DNA from: Mobula hypostoma
Lineage: Eukaryota
DNA length: 64,000 bases
Direction of reading: 5' to 3'
NCBI RefSeq assembly: GCF_963921235.1
Contig: NC_086097.1
Span: 125,490,001 to 125,554,000 of the forward strand
The position numbers and the translations under genes were made by a program. This document shows positions 11,452 through 23,437 of this stretch, piece by piece; positions within the stretch are counted from its first letter, which is position 1, and each line of letters starts with the position of its first letter. The notes under the pieces were generated by a model that was not told the origin of the DNA, did no database searches, and was given only the letters and a program-made list of their open reading frames with translations.

Positions 11452-11996
11452 CACACAGTGGCCACTTTCTTAGGTACTGGAGGGGAAACCAATGTGGTTT
11501 CCTGCTGCTGTAACCCACCCACATCAAGATTCAATGTGTTGTACATTCAGAGATGCTCTTCTTTACACTACTGTTGTCACGTGAGGTTATCTGAGCTACT
11601 GTCATCTTCTTGTCAGCTTGAACCTATCAGGCCATTCTCCTCTGACCTCTCTCATTAATAAGAAATTTTTGCTCGCAGAACTGCTGCTCACTGGATGTTT
11701 TTATGTTTTGCCCGACATTCTCTGTAAACTCTAGAGGCTGCTGGGTGAGAAAATCCCAGGAGATCAGCAGATTCTGAGATACTCAAACCATCCCTTCTGG
11801 CACGAATAATTATTTCACAGTCAAAGTCACTCAGATCACATGTCTTCCTTATTCTGATGTTTGGTCTGAACAACAACTGAACCTCTTGACCATGTCTGCA
11901 TGCCTTTATGTGTTGAGTTGCTGTCACATGATCGGCTGATTAGTTAATTGCATTGACAAGCAGGTGTACAGGTGTACCTATAAAGTGGTCAATGTG
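11452..11996 (-). mobile_element. Internally deleted Tc1-type DNA transposon
   Basis: TIRs CACACAGTGGCCACTTT..AGGTAC / GTACCTA..AAAGTGGTCAATGTG with TA flanks; residual HTH peptide DLSDFD..GLSISESADLLGFS. Confidence 0.85.
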
Positions 11997-12579
11997 TATA
12001 CATGTAGCTCATTACTGTTATTTGAAGTTGATTTCCACACACAAGGAGTGACCACACTTCAGACGTATTGACTGTAAAGTGCTTTGGTAAATAAGATTTT
12101 AAAAGAAGTGATGTAGAAGCACGTTGTTTTCCTTAACCACTCACATGACTACATCTGATTTTGTTTCTTAGAATTCATAGAAAGCAGCAGGTTAAAAACC
12201 CAAATAGGAAACAATTCCTTATTCATTTAGCCTATCGAATAGAAACAGATTATTATTGCTCAGGAGAGAATGATATGAGCCTGCAGACAAGGCTGAATCA
12301 TAGAGAGGAAATTGAAACGTGATTTTCATCCTGGTCAGAAAATCTTTTTGGGTATCAGTACCAAATCGGAAAGTTGTTATTGAATACAGAAAGACAGCAT
12401 TCATTACAAGTAATTTATTTTGCAGGACTCCAGCAGCAAAACGAAAGATGTAAAATTGCTATCTGTGTATTAACTGTGGGTTACTAAAAAAGGGAGTTAC
12501 ATTTAAAATGTGTCTTTCCTAACTTTCAATGAAGTGCCTCAGAGGTTTAGACACTGGTGTGGTGTAGAAAACTTAAAGC

Positions 12580-12845
12580 GTTGAACAATACAACACAGTA
12601 TATGCCCTTCAGCCCACGATGTTGTACCAAACTTTCAATCTAACCCTTCCTTTCCGCATGGCCCTCCACTTTTCTGTATCCACGTGTCTATCTAAGAGTT
12701 CCTTAAATGTCCTTAATGTATCTGCCTCTATCTGTCACTCTAAAAGGAAAAGGACCAGCTTGCTCAACCCGTCTTCATGAGATATGCCCACTAGTCCAGG
12801 CAACATACTGGTAAATCTCCTCTGCAGCATCTCTAAAACTTCCTA
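12580..12845 (-). mobile_element. CR1 3' fragment
   Basis: Matches other CR1 3' ends in the window (29135-29400, 50905-51200). Confidence 0.65.
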
Positions 12846-13209
12846 AAGTTTAAATAGCTGATATAAAAGCATATGTAGGAAATCTGTATATATGTAGGAG
12901 GAGAATTCGTCCATTCCACCCATTGAGTCTGCTTAGATAATCTGCTTTTAATATCTTGGGGATGGGGGATGGGGGATGGTAGAGATAAATATTGTACAGG
13001 ACACTATCTTTGAAATAGCACCTTGGTATCTATTAAGTCTATTATGTATTGAGACCCTAGGTTTAATATCATTATCAAAGCATGCTCCCTCTGGCAGTGC
13101 AGTAAAGTACCTTTACAGATGTTAAGTGCGAGCATTGATTTCCGTGTAAAAAGCAAAAGCCCATAACCACGTAGCAAATGTGATTCATTTGGTAGCAATG
13201 AGAAGGGAA

Positions 13210-13925
13210 CATTTCCTGTATGGTGAGGGTCCTTAATGATGGATATTGCCTTTCTAAGGCATCACCTTTGAAAGATGCCCTTGATGGTGAGGAGGTGAGT
13301 GCCCATGATAGAACTGGCTAAGCTTACAACCCTCCGCAGCTCTTTCCGATCCTGTGTATTGGTCACTCTACGAGGGGTGATTGATAAGTTCGTGGCCTAA
13401 GGTAGAAGGAGATGAGCTATTAACTTCAAACTTTTTGCATTTTCACTCAAAGAGTAGAACTGCACATGCATGTAACAAGAGCTGAATAACTTATCTCCTT
13501 TTACCGTAGGCCACAAACCTATCAGTCACCCCTGCTGTGGACCACCTGGAGGTCCAAGACGCTCTCGTTACATGCATGTGCAGTTCAATTCTGAGTGATA
13601 ATGCGGAAAGTTTGAAGTTAATAACTCATCTCTTTCTGCCTTAGGCCACGAACTTATTAATCACCCCTGCTGTGGACCACTTCTACAAAGAAGGGATCTG
13701 TATGCTCCACAACTGCTGGATTAAGTGTATACATGTAGGAGGGGACTATGTTGAAAAATGAATATGCTAGGTTTTTAAAAATTGACTCTTTTTACCTTAG
13801 GCCACAAACTTATCAATCACCCCTAGTATATCAGATGGTGATGTGACCAGTTAGAATGTTCTCTGCAGTACGTCTGTAGAAATTTGCTAGAGTCTTTGGT
13901 GACATACTAAATCTCAAACTCCTAA
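13210..13925 (-). mobile_element. Rex1/Babar fragment interrupted by a mariner element
   Basis: SPKTLANFYR..ENILTGHIT on the minus strand, continuous across 13371-13826. Confidence 0.7.
13371..13826 (+). mobile_element. Non-autonomous mariner element with extra internal TIR copies
   Basis: TA|CGAGGGGTGATTGATAAGTT ... AACTTATCAATCACCCCTAG|TA; mariner transposase C-terminus FYKEGICMLHNCWIKCIHVGGDYVEK* at about 13681-13761. Confidence 0.88.
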
Positions 13926-14629
13926 CAGGCAAGGTTATTTTTACTGACTTGTAAACCCCTGGTCTTTTAGATGCATACCTCATTCTGTGGTTTTGTACAA
14001 GGGAAGTGGGTTGGCTGATGGATTGAATATACTCCATAGTTCCAGAGAACAGCCTAGAATTTACTATCACATGATTCTTCTAACTACAGTCTTCTACAGA
14101 GTATTTGGCTTTAATGAACACAGGAGATTCTGCAGATGCTGGAAATCTAGAGCAACACAAACAAAATGCTGGAGGAACAGAGCAGGTCAGGCAGCATCTA
14201 TAGAGAGGAATAAAAAGTCGAAATTTTGGGCCAAGACCCATCATCAGGACTGGAAATAAAAGGAGAAGAAGCCAGAATAAGAAGGCCAGCCTTGGGGGGG
14301 TGGGTGCAGGAGTACTAGCTCTCCTTTAGCTTTAATGCTGTACTTTGAAGATCACCATTAGTGAAGTAACAGAGACTCCAGGTGCCTGGTTGTGGTAGAA
14401 GAGCACCTTGCTCAAAGGAGGCTGTTTCAGAATGCAAACAGGGTACTTGACATTAACAGTGTAAAGAAATTGGCACGAAGAACTTGAAGAAAAAGTTCAC
14501 CTCAGACTGAGGAATTGAGATTGTTATGGAGTCTAGGCTAGCATTGTTCTACCAGCTTGGAGGGTGTTGGATCCTGATACTTTAGTTATCCAAGTGTTCT
14601 TTGGAAGTCAAGAATGAGGCAGAAAACTT

Positions 14630-16178
14630 ATAACCATATAACCATATAACAATTACAGCACGGAAACAGGCCATCTCAGCCCTTCTAGTCCGTGCCGAAC
14701 TCTTACTCTCACCGAGTCCCACCGACCTGAACTCAGCCCATAACCCTCCATTCCTTTCCTGTCCATATAGCTATCCAATTTAACTTTAAATGACAACATC
14801 GAACCTGCCTCAACCACTTCTGCTGGAAGCTTGTTCCACACAGCTACCACTCTCTGAGTAAAGAAGTTCCCCTCATGTTACCCCTAAACTTTTCCCTATA
14901 ACTCTCAACTCATGTCCTCTTGTTTGAATCTCCCCCACTCTCAATGGAAAAAGCTATCCACGTCAACTCTATCTATCCCCCTCATAATTTTAAATACCTC
15001 TATCGTCCCCCCCTCAACCTTCTACGCTCCAAAGAATAAAGACCAACTTGTTCAACCTTTCTCTGTAACTTAGGAGATGAAACCCAGGTAACATTCTAGT
15101 AAATCTTCTCTGTACTGTCTCAATTTTATTGACATCTTTCCTATAATTCGGTGACCAGAACTGTACACAATACTCCAAGTTTGGCCTTACCAATGCCTTG
15201 TACAATTTCAACATTACATCCCAACTCCTACACTCAATGCTCTGATTTATAAAGGCCAGCGTACCAAAAGCTTTCTTCACCACCCTATCCACATGAGGTT
15301 CCACCTTCAGGGAACCATATACCTTTACTCCTAGATCCCTCTGTTCTACTGCATTCTTCAATGCCCTACCATTTACCATGTATGTCCTATTTTGATTAGT
15401 CCTACCAAAATGTAGCACCTCACATTTATCAGCATTAAACTCCATCTGCCATCTTTCAGTCCACTCTTCTAACTGGCCTATAAATCTCTCTGCAAGCTTT
15501 GAAAACCTACTTCGTTATCTGCAACTCCACCTATCTTAGTATCATCTGCATACTTACTAATCCAATTTACCACCCCATCATCCAGATCATTAATATATAT
15601 GACAAACAACATTGGACCCAGTACAAATCCCTGAGGCACATCACTAGACACCGGCCTCCAATCTGACAAACAGTTATCCACCACTGCTCTCTGGCGTCTC
15701 CCATCCAGCCACTGCTGAATCCATTTTACTACTTCAATATTAATACCTAACAATTGAACCTTCCTAACTAACCTTCCATGTGGAAGCTTGTCAAAGGCCT
15801 CACTGAAGTCCATATAGACAACATCCACCGCTTTACCCTCGTCAACTTTCCTAGTAACCTCTTCAAAAAATTCAATAAGATTTGTCAAACATGACCTTCC
15901 ACACACAAATCCATGTTGACTGTTCCTAATCAGACCCTGTCTATCCAGATAATTATTTATACCATCTTTAAGAATACTTTCCATCAATTTACCCACCACT
16001 GACATCAAACTCACAGGCCAATAATTGCCAGGTTTACTCTTAGAACACTTTTTAAACAATGGAACAACATGAGCAATATGCCAATCCTCCAGCACCATCC
16101 CCGTTTCTAATGACATTTGAAATATTTCTGTCAGAGCCCCTGCTATTTCCACACTAACTTCTCTCAGGGTCCTAGGGA
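14630..16178 (-). mobile_element. 5'-truncated CR1 LINE, RT domain, frameshifted
   Basis: ORFs 15478-16242 (QHGF, YMDFSEAFD, PQG, YADD) and 15014-15445; short-repeat 3' tail at 14630-14650. Confidence 0.95.
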
Positions 16179-16719
16179 ACTTGTTGCTTATGATCTCTTC
16201 ATTAAATGTTGCATGAACAATAGAGCAGAGCCAAGAGAACAAAGAAAAAGAGCAAAGAAAAAGGGTTGTGGATGTGGTCTCATATCAAAGACTAGAGATA
16301 ACCAAAATTCCAGTGATAATCATTAACCTATAAAACAGCCAATTCAAGTAGCATGATACCTGCAATTGAAAACTACAAAGGTTCCAGAAAAATACAAAAA
16401 TTTTAACTGCTGAAAAATTCACTGAACAATTACATGTACATTGGTAACTATTGTATATAAAATAAAAAATAAAAGCAAGCATAGGAAAGATAAACTAAAA
16501 AAAACCAATTCTACACCCCAAACCAACAGGGGCCTCATGGCCTACACCTGCTCCTACTTTCCTATATACTTGTGTATACGAGATAACATGAACAACCTAC
16601 GTTTTGATTCGTCAAATATTGAGTCTGTTTCAAAATTCTGGTTCTAGTTCACTTAATTTTGTCTATCATCTATCAGTCAACACACACAAAATGCTGGAGC
16701 AACTCAGCAGGTTAGGCAT

Positions 16720-17115
16720 ATCCCTGGAGCATGGGAGAATAAGGTGAGTGTTGATAGGGGTATACAAAATTACGAGGGGTATAGATAGGGTAAGTGCAAG
16801 CAGGTTATTTCCACTCGGATTGCGTGAGACAAGAACTAGAAATCATAGGTTAAGGATGAAAGGTGAAATATTTAAAGGGAACCTGTAGGGGAACATCTTC
16901 AATCAGAGGGTGGTGTGAGGGTGGAATGAGCTGCCAGTGGAAGTGGTGGATGTGGGTTCAATTGCAACATTTAAGAGAAGTTTGGATAAGTACGTGGATG
17001 GGAGAGGTATGGAGGGCTCTGGTCCAGGTCCAAGTGGATGAGACCAGACAGAGGTAGCAGTTTGGCATGGACTAGATGGTCAAAGGGCCTGTTTCTGTGC
17101 CATGGTGCTCTATTT
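16720..17115 (+). mobile_element. CR1 3' fragment (unexpanded relative of the minisatellite host)
   Basis: QRVV..WNELP motif and CR1 3' UTR. Confidence 0.8.
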
Positions 17116-17214
17116 TTCTGATGGATGATAGGATTTAACGTTGAGGGGTGTTGTGAGGCAGTGCAGAAGGACAATTAAAACCGAAAATATAACTGGAACT
17201 GCAGCATCATCACT

Positions 17215-17775
17215 TGTCAGTGATCCTGTGATCCAGCTGTATCACTGTCTGGGATGGGGACTGCAAGGTATCTGACTGCAAGACCCTGCAGCGGATTGCA
17301 AGGACTGCTGAGAGAGTCTCCAACCCCATCCAGGACACATACCAGAAGCACTGTGTATGCAGAACCCTCAGCATTGTGAAGTACCCCTTCCATCCGTCAC
17401 ACAATCTCCTTAACCTCCTGCCATCAGGCACAGGGTACCGCAGTATAAGAACAAGGTCTGTCAGGCTGGCTAACAGCTTTTTACCTCAAGCTGTGAGATT
17501 TCTGAACACCCTGCTACCACCCTGTAGACACTATTTATAACAGTGCCAGTAGCATTATACTGTTATATATTTAACTATATGTCAATATATACACTATGTT
17601 AACTTACATTTACAGATTTTTAAACATTTTTCTGTTAATATTATTATGTCAATATTATTTTATGTGCTGCATGTGATATATGTACTGTGTTTTGCACTTT
17701 AGCCCCAGAGAAATGTTGTTTCGTTCAGCTGTATAATCATGTATGGTTGAATGGCAGTAAACCTGAACTTGAACA
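17215..17775 (+). mobile_element. Rex1/Babar 3' fragment
   Basis: KTLQRIARTAE..LLPSGTGYRSIRT; tail GTAAACCTGAACTTGAA. Confidence 0.75.
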
Positions 17776-18399
17776 AATCTATTTTCCATTTCAAAACTGC
17801 TTCTCCCATTAGCCCAAGGGCCACACAGGGTTAAATGGGAAAACTGACTGAACCAATCTGCACCCAACTACTTCTTGACAACACATTATAAAGACATATT
17901 TCCTAATATGTCAAAGCCAATGTGCAGGCAACAGAAATTCAGTGACATTCACACAAAACCTGAATGTATTAAAATATGAAAAGCAAATTGCTTGTGCATA
18001 CTTAATGTGTTGAACTGCTGTCATATGTTGCAAATACTCTTTTGCAAATATTAACAAATATGCAAAAGAAATATAAAAATTATAATAAACTTCTGATGCA
18101 AAATTATATTTTTTAATTTATTGGGTGTTGTCTCAGCAACATCTCAGTTCTGGAGGCTCTGTAAAAGCACAATTAAACCAATAACTTGGTTTTGGGCCTA
18201 ACCTTAAGGTGATTGGAGGAAACTATAGTTGGTACGGGGATGCCAAAGGTAAGTTTTATACACATTGAGTGGTTTTGTGTTGGACACCCTACCAGATATA
18301 TTTGCTTCAAGTAGATTACCAACTACCTCTTGAGTAGTAACACACATAAAAGTTGCTGGTGAACGCAGCAGGCCAGGCAGCATCTCTAGGAAGAGGTGC

Positions 18400-18435
18400 A
18401 GTCGACGTTTCAGGCCGAGACCCTTCGTCAGGACT
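18400..18435 (-). ncRNA. Minimal type I hammerhead ribozyme motif (PLE)
   Basis: AGTC CTGACGA AGGGTCTCGGCCT GAAA C GTC GACT: CUGANGA/GAAA core, stem I AGUC/GACU, GUC triplet, palindromic minimal stem III. Confidence 0.8.
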
Positions 18436-19668
18436 AACTGAAGGAAGAGTGAGTAAGGGATTTGAAAGTTGGAGGGGGAAGGGAAGATCCAAGATGATAG
18501 GAGAAGACAGGAGGGGGAGGAATGGAGCCAAGAGCTGGACAGGTGATAGGCAAAAGGGATACGAGAGGATCATGGGACAGGAGGTCCGGGAAGAAAGACG
18601 GGGGGGGGGGACCCAGAGGATGGGCAAGGGGTATATTCAGAGGGACAGAGGGAGAAAAAGGAGAGTGAGAGAAAGAATGTGTGTATAAAAATAAGTAACA
18701 GATGGGGTACGAGGGGGAGGTGGGGCATTAGCGGAAGTTAGAGAAGTCGATGTTCATGCCATCAGGTTGGAGGCTACCCAGACGGAATATAAGGTGTTGT
18801 TCCTCCAACCTGAGTGTGGCTTCATCTTTACAGTAGAGGAGGCCGTGGATAGACATGTCAGAATGGGAATGGGATGTGGAATTAAAATGTGTGGCGACGG
18901 AATATAAGGTGTTGTTCCTCTACGGAATATAAGGTGTTGTTCAAACACCTTTTGTAAGCCGTTTTGTAAGCGGAACAAGTGCTACACATGCCCTTACATT
19001 TCCTCCCTTACCACCATTCAGGGCCCCAAACAGTCCTTCCAGGTGAGGCAACACTTCACCTGTGAGTCGGCTGGGGTGATATACTGCGTCCGGTGCTCCC
19101 GATGTGGCCTTTTATATATTGGCGAGACCCGACGCAGACTGGGAGACCGCTTTGCTGAACACCTACGCTCTGTCCGCCAGAGAAAGCAGGATCTCCCAGT
19201 GGCCACACATTTTAATTCCACATCCCATTCCCATTCTGACATGTCTATCCACGGCCTCCTCTACTGTAAAGATGAAGCCACACTCAGGTTGGAGGAACAA
19301 CACCTTATATTCCGTCTGGGTAGCCTCCAACCTGATGGCATGAACATCGACTTCTCTAACTTCCACTAATGCCCCTCCTCCCCCTCGTACCCCATCTGTT
19401 ACTTATTTTTATACACACATTCTTTCTCTCACTCTCCTTTTTCTCCCTCTGTCCCTCTGAATATACCCCTTGCCCATCCTCTGGGTCCCCCCCCCCCCGT
19501 CTTTCTTCCCGGACCTCCTGTCCCATGATCCTCTCGTATCCCTTTTGCCTATCACCTGTCCAGCTCTCGGCTCCATCCCTCCCCCTCCTGTCTTCTCCTA
19601 TCATTTTGCATCTCCCCCTCCCCCTCCCCCTCCAATTTTCAAATCCCTTACTCACTCTTCCTTCAGTT

Positions 19669-19704
19669 AGTCCTGACGAAGGGTCTCGGCCTGAAACATC
19701 GACT
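19669..19704 (+). ncRNA. Minimal hammerhead ribozyme motif (PLE), AUC variant
   Basis: AGTC CTGACGA AGGGTCTCGGCCT GAAA C ATC GACT. Confidence 0.7.
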
Positions 19705-20059
19705 GCACCTCTTCCTAGAGATGCTGCCTGGCCTGCTGCGTTCACCAGCAACTTTTATGTGTGTTGCTTCAATTTCCAGCATCTGCAGAATTCCTGTTGT
19801 TTACCTCTTGAGTAGTGTCCTGTTTTGCAGTGTTTCTTCTCTCTGGACAGATATGGCTACCAAGGGTGATGGTAGAGGCAGATACATTAGAGACATTTAA
19901 GAAACTCTTAGATAGGCACATGGATGGTAGAAAAATGGAGGGCTATGTATGAGTGAAGAGTTAGATTGATCTGAGATAGATTAAAAGGTTAGCACAGCCA
20001 CATTAGGGATATTTTTAAAACTTCTACATTGGCACATGGATGGTAAAAAAATGGAGAGC

Positions 20060-20890
20060 CAGTTTAAGATGGTGCTGGTGAATCTCAGCGACTTCTGGCT
20101 GGTGGCTGATGAAACAAAGAAGACAACTAAATACCTTGTTAATCACTACTTTTCTGGTAAATGATTATTGCAAACAATAGCCTGTCACTTCTCTTTGGAC
20201 TTAGTCATAGTCATAGTCATACTTTATTGATCCCGAGGGAAACTGATTTTCATTACAGTTGCCCCAGCCAAGAATAGAGTATAAATATAGCAATATAAAA
20301 CCATAAATAATTATAATAGTAATATTTAAATTATGCCAGGAAATAAGTCCAGGACCAGCCTATTGGCTCAGGGTGTCTGACCCTCCAAGGGAGGAGTTGT
20401 AAAGTTTGATGGCCACAGGCAGGAATGGCCACAGAGGACTTGGAGGCAATTTGATGTTGCAGAACCAAGGCTAGGCAGCAGGCTCGTCCCTGAGAACGTG
20501 GAAGGCTCAAGGATTGGCACCGGGCCAAATTGGAATGGTCAGGTCCAGGCCGAATTGAGGCAGGGGGGTCTGGGACCCAGAGCGCATCGAAGCAACTAAA
20601 CCTGTTGTTTGGACGATGACTTAAGCACCGGACCAGATTGAAGAGGTCAGGGTGTCGGGGCTCGAGACAAGGGACAGGCAGTTTTGGCTCACTGCTCCGC
20701 TCTGCACTGGGGTGGAATCATTTTGTGAACTTCAGTTCAGAACTCTATTTGCTTGCATTTATTGTTAGCATGTTTTGTCTTTCTTATTTGCCAATTGGGT
20801 GTTTGATAGTCTTCTTTCTTTAAAGGGCTCTATTGGATATTTTTTTCATGACTGCCTGTTAGGAGACAAATCCCTTGATTGTATAGTGCA
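20060..20890 (+). mobile_element. Non-coding retroelement with AAGATGG head and Rex1-like tail, split by a minus-strand Rex1 3' end (about 20204-20430)
   Basis: The inner insert has an (AGTCAT)n tail and GGACTT on both sides; the outer 3' end resembles the Rex1-type tails. Confidence 0.5.
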
Positions 20891-20940
20891 CTGTGCAGTT
20901 CTATATTCTTAACAACATAATTAGAAACAGGAACACCCAC

Positions 20941-21038
20941 TAGGGTGGCACGGTAGGGTGGCGGTTAATGTAACACTATTACACCACGAGCAACGCAGGT
21001 TCAATTCCTGCCACTGTCTGTAAGGAGTTTGTACGTTC
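20941..21038 (+). mobile_element. V-SINE/HE1-type SINE head
   Basis: GGTGGCACGGTAG..GGTTCAATTCC..GTAAGGAGTTTGTACGTTC. Confidence 0.75.
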
Positions 21039-21381
21039 AGTGCTGCCTGCATTTATATCAAAGCCTCCATTTTGCCTTGCGAGGTTAGAAAAGCAGTGGG
21101 GAGGAGAATCAATGTCATTGGCTGCCAGCAGTAAACACTACAGACCACTGCCTACCAGTTGTATTCACCTCTGCACACTTGGTTTCATTGAAGTCAGCAG
21201 AGCCAATACATTGCCACACATTTGATACTTGTGATCAAAGACTAATTTCTGTCCAGTCTATTCTCACACTTAACTTAAATATTGGTTAAACCTAAGGACA
21301 GAAATAAGCAAATTCATACTTTCAAAAGTTAATTCAATATGGACCTTGTAGCCACATTATATTTATTTTTTTTTTACGCAC

Positions 21382-21592
21382 AGCCCACGAGCCTGCCCTG
21401 CCCAATTACACCCATGTGACCAATTAACCTACTACCCAAATGCCTTTGGAATGAGAGAAGAAACTGGAGCACCCAGAGGAAACCCAAGCGGTCAAGGGGA
21501 GAAAGTACAAACTCCTTAGAGACAGCGGTGGGAGTTGAACCTTGATCTACTGATCGCTGGTGCTGTAGCGTTTGCTGACTGCTACATTACTG
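21382..21592 (-). mobile_element. V-SINE/HE1-type SINE
   Basis: Minus strand GGAGTTTGTACTTTCTCCCC..GGGTTTCCTCTGGGTGCTCCAGTTTC V-domain. Confidence 0.75.
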
Positions 21593-21759
21593 TTCAAGAA
21601 TAGTAAGGCCTATTCTTGCTCTTACTTCTTATGTTTGTTTGTTAACTTCCTTTGAACTGAGAAGCTTGGCAGACCATTCTCTGAGTATAGGAGCCAACAA
21701 CACTGCTTCTATTGTTTATCCTCTTTGTAGAGTTGTCAACCAATATCAATTTTAACCAC

Positions 21760-22080
21760 GTGGAGTGGATGTTTCCAGTAGTGTTTCTAATCTAGGACCA
21801 GAGGGGACAGCTCAGAAAAGAAGGAATGGCCCTTTGGAACAGAGATGAGGAAGAATTTCTTTAGCCAGAGGTTGGTGAATCTGTGGAATTCATTGCCACA
21901 GACAACTGTGGAGGCCAATTCATATTTAAAGCAGAGACTAATAGGTTCTTGATTAGTCAGGGCATCAAAAGTATGGGAGAAAGCAGGAGAATGGGATTGA
22001 AAGTGATAATAATGATGGAATGGTGAATCAGACTCATTGGGCCAAATGGCCTAATTCTGCTCCTATGTCTTATGGTCTCA
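21760..22080 (+). mobile_element. CR1 3' fragment
   Basis: FFSQRLVNLWNSLP followed by the CR1 3' UTR. Confidence 0.8.
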
Positions 22081-22654
22081 TCGTTTCCTATTATTCGACT
22101 GACTATTTCCCATGCCATTTCCTGCAAAGATTCTACTTCAATATTTCAAATCTCCCCATTTCCAGTTCACCTATTCCGATGTTGCCTCCAGTGCCTCCAA
22201 TTTCATCTTGTTTCTTCCATCAAGGACTTTCCACCCCATAACTGGTAGGATCCTCAACACTGTCTGCCATTTCTCAAATGCAGTCACCCTTGTTTCCAAT
22301 GTCCGTCATCAAGAGCCACAAAGAACTTCCCAATGTTCTCACTCGCCATCCCATCAACATCTATATTTCCACCCAACTAAACCAATAATCCTCCATCATT
22401 CCTGCCACCACGATGATACCATGTCTTGCACTTCCTTCCCATTTCAGCTTTGAAGATGCTCTTTTATCTGCAACACTCTCTTCCTAAGCTTGCTACAACA
22501 GCCTACAGTCCAAGCACAGGGGATGTAATATCCTTCCTTTTCATTTTTCAATTCCCATTGCCCAGACTCTCAAACTATTTACAGTCTTGTGTTCCTAAAC
22601 ATAGTGACCACAATGCACAACATTCGCCACACAGCTAATCAGCAACAAGATTTC

Positions 22655-22870
22655 CTCCCCACATCACAACTGAGTTCTGAAATGACGTCCAATCAGCTGA
22701 TTGGAAAGTACATAAAGACCAAGCATTCGGTCACACCACAATCAACAACGCACTGACGATGTCTCCTCGCATGGTGACGAAACGCTTGCAAGTAAATTGC
22801 CAAGATTGGAGAATAACTCAACCCAACCACCAACAACCCGAGCTACACATTTTCCAAATTATTTCCAACA
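22655..22870 (+). mobile_element. pLTR of a second PLE family with a hammerhead motif at 22750-22789
   Basis: GCA CTGACGA T GTCTCC TCGCAT GGTGAC GAAA CGCT TGC; the cleavage triplet is mutated. Confidence 0.6.
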
Positions 22871-23127
22871 GTGAATTGGATCCACTGGAGTAACACATGC
22901 AAAGCAACTGGATGAAATCAGCAGGTCAGGAAGCACTGCTGGAGGAGAATGAAGAGTCAACATTTCAGGTCAGGACCCTTCACCATCAAAGTTCTATCTC
23001 CCTCGACAGATGCTGACTGACACAATTGGTTTCTTCAGCTCCTTTGAGTGTTGTTCTAGATGTCCACCACCTGCAGTCTCTTGTGTCTCCAATTGCATTC
23101 TTTGAGACCACATGATGTTTTGGTGAT

Positions 23128-23437
23128 ATAAACACAAGAGATTCTGCAGATGCAGGAAATCCAGAGTGACACACGCAAAGTGCTGGAGGAACCCAGCCGG
23201 TCAGCAGCCATCTATGGCGAGGAATAAACATTCAATGTTTCAGGCTGAGGCCTTTCATCATGACTCGTCATGAAGGGTAGTACTGTCTAAGTACAGCCCC
23301 TGGGGCTTGGACAGTAGGCTGTTTGTAGCAGGCTGTTACTGGGTCCTTCGTCAGGATTCCTGATGAAGGGCCTCAGTCCGGAAACGTCTCCATAGATGCT
23401 GCCTGACCTACTGAATCCCTCTATCATTGTGAGTAAA
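23128..23437 (-). mobile_element. Fold-back mini-PLE
   Basis: Inverted pLTR arms, several hammerhead halves and a flanking direct repeat GTTTTGGTG (23117-23125 and 23438-23446). Confidence 0.7.

Larger units (their letters stand above)
18339..19801 (+). mobile_element. 5'-truncated PLE with a long inverted upstream arm
   Basis: 15-bp TSD TACCTCTTGAGTAGT (18324-18338 and 19802-19816); GIY-YIG ORF 19043-19369; 18339-18895 is the reverse complement of about 19199-19765. Confidence 0.95.

Noticed and set aside
18353..18688. Multi-copy small protein MLVNAAGQAASLGRG (also 19356-19751 and 37131-37550)
   Set aside because: Antisense translation of the non-coding PLE pLTR; C-termini differ by homopolymer frameshifts
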